A stretch of DNA of 64,000 nucleotides, taken from Candidatus Latescibacterota bacterium. Its GTDB lineage: Bacteria > Latescibacterota > CBDEFO01. A program made the translations under genes and the position numbers. Below, in pieces: positions 59,001-64,000 of the stretch; within the stretch, counting starts at the first letter, position 1; the number at the start of each line of letters is the position of its first letter. The notes beneath the pieces are model-generated. The model saw only the letters and a program-made list of their open reading frames with translations. It did no database searches and was not told the origin of the DNA. The stretch is from positions 672,001-736,000 of the forward strand of contig CBDEFO010000008.1 in assembly GCA_965237525.1 (NCBI GenBank). The letters run 5' to 3'.

Positions 59001-59959
59001 AGTTTGTAGCTGAAGTCAAAGTCCCGATTTTTGCGTACAGCTTGGGCGCGAGGCAATAAATGCGATACGACTCAATCATCGTAACCCGTTGTTTTTTTGG
59101 GGTGGGGTAGTACTTGATTTGAACCAGTGAGCTTTCGGCGATTGACGAGGAATATCTGGGATGCAGGTGTGGACGGCTTCTATCTGTTCAACTACTTCAA
59201 CGCCCTCAATTAGTAGAAGCCGCGGGTGCGGGGCGAGTTCGTCGAGCGGGATAGGTTTTTCCCTCCTAAACATTCGTTACGACCCAGACCACACCGACCG
59301 GGTTAGGTCAAGCACGCTCATGATGGGTGTTCAGGTATGCGTTTCCCTTCCGGTGTTCATGGAGGAGACGTCATCCCGCGCCGGTTCGGTCTTAGCTCTG
59401 GACATCACCGATAAGGTAGAGGTGGAAAGGGGGGAGGGATTCCTCGAACGGTGCATCCTCAGCTTGGGCTTCGAGAACCTTGGGGACGAGGGTGCGGCAG
59501 ATGTCAGTTGAACTGGCAAGCGGTCCGTTTAGAGTCCCATCGCATATTCAGGGACGGTTGGGGCTATCAGGTCTTCGACAAAAAGGTGTATCACAATACG
59601 ATATCGGCCGAGGCCGTGTCGGGCATTCGTTCAGTTGGAAATATCTGGCCCACCCTTGCAGAGGCACTAAATGTGCTAACCGTTCGCCTCATCAAGGGGG
59701 ACGCACTCAACTTCAGACCGGTGGTGTTAAAGCAAGTGTGTTTAGAGATCTACGGAAGGTAGAGTCGGAGTTCGCGAAGTCGGCAGCCGGATTCTCGTCA
59801 ATATGCTGCATCAGCCACGTTTTCAAAGACACTTCCTCGCCATCAACGTGCATGCTGTCTTCCCGGCCTGCATGCGCCGCTACCTCAAAGGCGCAGGCCT
59901 GCCAGATGCCCATCACCACACTCAGGACGCTTCGACTGCCGCATGGAAGTTCTCTTGCT

Positions 59960-62596
59960 TCACCGCAACAGCAATCTGAGAGGCGGCGCCCCTTCCTCCA
60001 CTCTCTTGAAGAAAACCTGCTCGATGTAGCGCCTTAGCGAAGGCTCGGAATCCAGAAGTGGGAGGCGTTCCCTGACCAGGGGGACGACCGACGCGGCCTC
60101 CCCACCCAGGGCCGAGAGGAATCTGGCTGCATCCTGCCACTCCCCACTCCTCCCCGCGTAGCCCCTTGGCCGTGTATCATCTCCCACGAGCTCCCCCAGG
60201 GTCACGAGCTCCGACTCGCCCCCACGAATGCAGTAGAGGGCGTAGCAGGCGTCGGCCAGGAACCGGTTTTCCGGCGTTCGATACTTCTCAAGGACCGGAA
60301 CGGCTTCAGAGGCCGCGGGCCCTATCGCCGCCAGCGTGCGGGCTATCAGATTTTCTTTGCCTTCGGATTCTTCGTACGCCTTCACGAGGGCGGGAACAGC
60401 ACTCACAGCCCCCGGACCCATCCCCGATAGCACCTGTAAACCGAACGCCTTGTGGGTTCCTAACAGAGCCATCGCGTCAGGCAGCGCGGGTGCAGCGGCC
60501 TCGCCGCAGAGGAACAGCCCGAGTGCGGCCAACCTCACGACCGACTCGTCCCTGTCGCGCAGTGCCTGGCGAAGCGGTGCCACGAGCGCGCGAGCCGAGA
60601 GCGCCCCGTCATCCGGCAGGTAGCCTTTGACTTCTTCATTCCAGCTTGGCGGTCGCGCCATGTTGCTGAGGGTGAAGGTTGCGCCCAGACGCACGTAGGC
60701 ATCGGCATGCGACAGAAGCGACGAAACTCTCGGCGCTGCTGAGTACGCATCCGGGCCGATTCCTTCAAGAGCTCGCAGAGCGGGAATGCGAACTTCCGGA
60801 TCCTCAAGCGCCTCTGCCAGGGCATCCACGGCCGGGGCTGCCTCCGGCCCCATCTCAAAGAGCGCCCACGCAGCGCTTCGACGCTCGGAGGCCTGGGAGC
60901 TACGCAACCCCGCAATGCACTCCTTTACCGACCTGTTGCGGAAGGGGGCTGCCTCGTCCCGTACGTAGGTAACGGGGGCAGGCTGTACCGCGTCCGCCGG
61001 CACAGGACCCAGCCTATGGATATAGTCGGAAGCCCTGGCACGAATCTCCTCATATTCTTCGATCTCCAGAGGCTTGCCGGGCTCCGCATCGTGCGGATCA
61101 AAGCCAAGCAGGCGAGCGCGGAGAGACTCCAACCACGCCGCCGCCTCGATGGCGGTCACCTCGGCGGGCATCGCCTCCACGGCGTCCTCCACCATCTGAA
61201 GGTAGCAGAAATCGTCAACTCCCTCGCGACGCGCCTCCCAACCGGTGATAGGCAGGGGCTCGGTGCTTTCGGGTTCCCACCAGACGTGACCGTGATGTCC
61301 GTGCGAGTAAGCCCAGACGTAATTACCCCCGAGCCGGTGAGCCCAGGTGTATAGCCCAGCATAGTAACGCTGACGGAGCTGCTTGAAGCCTTCTCTCAGT
61401 ATGCGAAACGAATACGTCCACACCTGCGCCCCGCGACGCGACGCCTCGGCCCTCATCTCTGGCGTTACTTCCCCCCCGAGGACGATCCACGCGTCGTGAA
61501 CGTCGCCATACGCGTACGCCGCCTCGGAGCCCATAGCCGTCGTCAGGCGGATGGGCAGCGTGCGAAGGCGAGCGTAACTCTCACGCAGCCCGGGCGCCGG
61601 ATAAGGCGGCTCATCCCAGCCGTAGATCAGAATCTCCGGCCACCCGTGCTCCCTGTGTTGTCTTTGCAGCCAGTCTGCTACTGCTTCCCGTTGCGCCTCG
61701 GAAAGATCATGTGCCGTGATATTGTGTTGGGCGATGACGCAGGGGATGTCCCGGTGGACGAGCCCCGCCTCAGCCGCCAGCGCGACGCGTTTCTCCAGCG
61801 GCACCGTGTCCGGATAGGCTCGAGGCGGCAACTCCGCGAAATCCCCAGCCATGTAGAAGTGCACCGAATTCTGGCTGTGCGCCGCCATGTCCCCGTAGAG
61901 CTCCAGCTCCAGTTGCTCGCTCACTGCCCAGCCGCCAAAGCGCTCCAGCAGCATGTCCTCCCGATAGTACATGCCGAAGGGGATTCGCGCCGGAGCCAGT
62001 TCGAAAGGCCTGACTTCAAGCTCCAGTTCCAGGATAGTAGCTGGCTTGTTCGTGGGCTGGATCCGTACCTGGCCCTTGTGCAACCCCTCGGACGTCTCGC
62101 GATCCGCACGAAACGTCAGCCAGAAATTGACGCTCCTTCCCCTGGGAAGATCCGCTACCACCTCACCTCGTTGCAGATATATTTCAGCGGGCACCCAGCT
62201 CAGCCACGACATGTCCGTTTCGATTAGCTTCTCTTTGACGCCAGGGTCGATGCGATGGTAAACGGTTACCTCGAGGTCCGATTCCACCTCGATCCGGACG
62301 TCCTTGACGCCGTCTGAGATCGCGTGCACGCCGAACTGAATGGACTCGTACTCATCCCTGGCTAAGGCGCATGAAATCTTCTTGGCAACGTCGCTGGGCG
62401 TGGGTACGTGCGAAGGCGGCAGGTTCTTCAGCGTGCTGAAACTAAAGACTACGTAGCCCTTGTCTCGATCCAGTTTCGTCCACTCCATGGGTGCACCTGA
62501 ATTATCCTGCATGTTAGCTTCCTCCTCTCCGCTTACATTGAGAACCCTTAATCCAACAGCCAGCAATGTACAGGCAACCATGCTCCGTTTTCTCAT
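59960..62596 (-). CDS. Secreted DUF4091/GH123-like glycoside hydrolase fused to HEAT repeats
   Basis: ARDEYESIQF, YGWDEP catalytic-type motif, WEARREGVDDFCY. C-terminal AA.AL..GP.A..AV..L repeats. Confidence 0.65.
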   Translation of the reverse strand: MRKRSMVACTLLAVGLRVLNVSGEEEANMQDNSGAPMEWTKLDRDKGYVVFSFSTLKNLPPSHVPTPSDVAKKISCALARDEYESIQFGVHAISDGVKDVRIEVESDLEVTVYHRIDPGVKEKLIETDMSWLSWVPAEIYLQRGEVVADLPRGRSVNFWLTFRADRETSEGLHKGQVRIQPTNKPATILELELEVRPFELAPARIPFGMYYREDMLLERFGGWAVSEQLELELYGDMAAHSQNSVHFYMAGDFAELPPRAYPDTVPLEKRVALAAEAGLVHRDIPCVIAQHNITAHDLSEAQREAVADWLQRQHREHGWPEILIYGWDEPPYPAPGLRESYARLRTLPIRLTTAMGSEAAYAYGDVHDAWIVLGGEVTPEMRAEASRRGAQVWTYSFRILREGFKQLRQRYYAGLYTWAHRLGGNYVWAYSHGHHGHVWWEPESTEPLPITGWEARREGVDDFCYLQMVEDAVEAMPAEVTAIEAAAWLESLRARLLGFDPHDAEPGKPLEIEEYEEIRARASDYIHRLGPVPADAVQPAPVTYVRDEAAPFRNRSVKECIAGLRSSQASERRSAAWALFEMGPEAAPAVDALAEALEDPEVRIPALRALEGIGPDAYSAAPRVSSLLSHADAYVRLGATFTLSNMARPPSWNEEVKGYLPDDGALSARALVAPLRQALRDRDESVVRLAALGLFLCGEAAAPALPDAMALLGTHKAFGLQVLSGMGPGAVSAVPALVKAYEESEGKENLIARTLAAIGPAASEAVPVLEKYRTPENRFLADACYALYCIRGGESELVTLGELVGDDTRPRGYAGRSGEWQDAARFLSALGGEAASVVPLVRERLPLLDSEPSLRRYIEQVFFKRVEEGAPPLRLLLR

Positions 62597-62689
62597 GTTC
62601 CATCTCCTTCCAGAGAGTTGAGATCCGAGTTGTCCACATGCTGCGACCGGACAATTCTCTTTTCCAGATGAGAGCCCTTTATTCCAATG

Positions 62690-62870
62690 TCCACCCGATT
62701 ATCGGGCATGTAGCCGTTTGCATCGTCATCTTGGCGGATGCTTCATGCAGGTGAGGGCAAACGTTGCGCCCAGACGCACGTAAGCATCGGGATGCGACAA
62801 AGCGACTAGACTCTCGGTGCCGCCGGGACCTCGACGCGCGCTTCGTCTTCGAGCGACGTCCCCAGCAACA
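62690..62870 (-). pseudogene. Relic paralog fragment of the HEAT-repeat region
   Basis: gttgcgcccagacgcacgtaagcatcgggatgcgaca is near-identical to 60678-60714. Confidence 0.6.
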
Positions 62871-63022
62871 CACCCGCGATCAGTGTAGCCGCCGGAATTC
62901 CATGACTTCTCATCTCAGGTCTCCTACATCCGGCTGATCACCTTCAACTCACTGGAAACTGGATCTGTCGCCCATCGATCATCAGCCTGATTCCGCTGCC
63001 CTGTGGTGGACGAATACCGTGA

Positions 63023-64000
63023 CTACACCATCCGGAACGAGTAGAGCTCGGCGTTCTTCATGAAGAAGCGGAGTTTGCGAAAGGGCTTCTGCTTCTTCCA
63101 AGGGAACACTGTGTCCCCGCCGAAGTCCGGACGAGCGACAGGAATCGTGCCGTCTCCCTCCCAGGTAACCCGGTGACACGTGCTGTCACCGGTGAAGACG
63201 TCGCAATCCTCTCGGCCGCGCCCCGGCAGTTGGTTGTCCCCGTGGTCGACTACCTCCACCTTGATGTAGCCGTCCTTGCGGCAACGAGCGTTGATGTCAA
63301 GCGCCTCCCCATCGGACAGTAACGGCCTCGTCACGAGAAGCCCTTCGCGCATCGGCCCGGCGTCGAACGAGACAAACCCGTCCTTCCGGAGGCGCGCCAG
63401 CCCGAGACCGAACCGAACCAGCCCGGGATCCTCGATCTCGGGGTGGTTCATTCCCTCACGCGGTCCCCACATCCAGTAGTCGTGATGGCAGAAGCATCCC
63501 CCGTAGTAGATGAGCAGTTCGTCGCCCACATCGATCGGCGGCGAGCAGATCGTCACCATCCCCTGGTCCCAGGCGTCCGGCTGGCCGAAGGTCAGCCAGG
63601 GCTGTCGTTTGTTGAGCCGCTGCCATCTCTTGCGGTCCCGGCTGAAAACGAGCTGCACGTCCATCTTGTTGGCGACCCTATGAAGGACATTCAGGAAACC
63701 CACGTACAGGTTTCCCAGCTCATACTGTGTCATTCCGTAGAACCCGTCATCGATATTGTCCTCCTCATCATCCGGCCGCAGCAGCAGGTACGGCTCGCCC
63801 CAGTGGAGCATGTCCGAGCTCTCGGACTGCCAGATACGCCGTCGGTTCTGCTTCGAGAAATCGTGCGGGTACCGCGGCCCGGGATTCGTCGTGCCCACCG
63901 GGTTCCGCGGATTCAGAGGGGGAGCACATTGTAACCAGTGACGGGTGACGACCACGAAGTTGCGGCTGAACCGGTCGTAGTGCAGAGTGCAGACATCTCC
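63023..64000 (-). CDS. Five-bladed beta-propeller glycosidase-like protein (5' partial)
   Basis: SESSDMLHW, QLVFSRD.K.W.R, WDQGM, LLIYYGG, GLARLRKDGFVS. Frame is open to the window end. Confidence 0.7.
   Translation of the reverse strand, partial: GDVCTLHYDRFSRNFVVVTRHWLQCAPPLNPRNPVGTTNPGPRYPHDFSKQNRRRIWQSESSDMLHWGEPYLLLRPDDEEDNIDDGFYGMTQYELGNLYVGFLNVLHRVANKMDVQLVFSRDRKRWQRLNKRQPWLTFGQPDAWDQGMVTICSPPIDVGDELLIYYGGCFCHHDYWMWGPREGMNHPEIEDPGLVRFGLGLARLRKDGFVSFDAGPMREGLLVTRPLLSDGEALDINARCRKDGYIKVEVVDHGDNQLPGRGREDCDVFTGDSTCHRVTWEGDGTIPVARPDFGGDTVFPWKKQKPFRKLRFFMKNAELYSFRMV

Overview
Bacterial genomic window. The gene families are consistent with a Latescibacterota/Poribacteria-like FCB lineage, which is inference only. 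1-31 kb is mostly housekeeping: gap, secG, ferritin, tig-clpP-clpX-yihA, tRNA-Leu(TAG), trkA, Fe3+-type ABC genes, pyk, sixA and a Tat-exported PaoABC-like molybdoenzyme. These are interspersed with small decaying accessory patches and GTAG-type REP-like palindromes. Highlights: (i) a cNMP-binding protein with an antitoxin-like C-terminal tail, translationally coupled to a VapC/PIN gene, plus an inverted tail-less paralog with a nonsense codon. (ii) A ~26 kb minus-strand cell-envelope locus (31.6-57.3 kb) encoding five secreted FlgD-Ig-tailed proteins, two ~930-aa paralogous exported proteins, a SurA/PrsA-like foldase, a TWGxIK-tailed secreted protein and DUF6785-type membrane proteins. Its tandem paralogs show identical C-terminal halves and hypervariable N-terminal loops. 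(iii) An IS1182 element with a TTAA target duplication, inserted into a 17-bp palindrome that overlaps the promoter of that locus. The last ~4.7 kb is visibly GC-richer and encodes glycosidase-like proteins. All family assignments come from motif recognition; no database searches were run.
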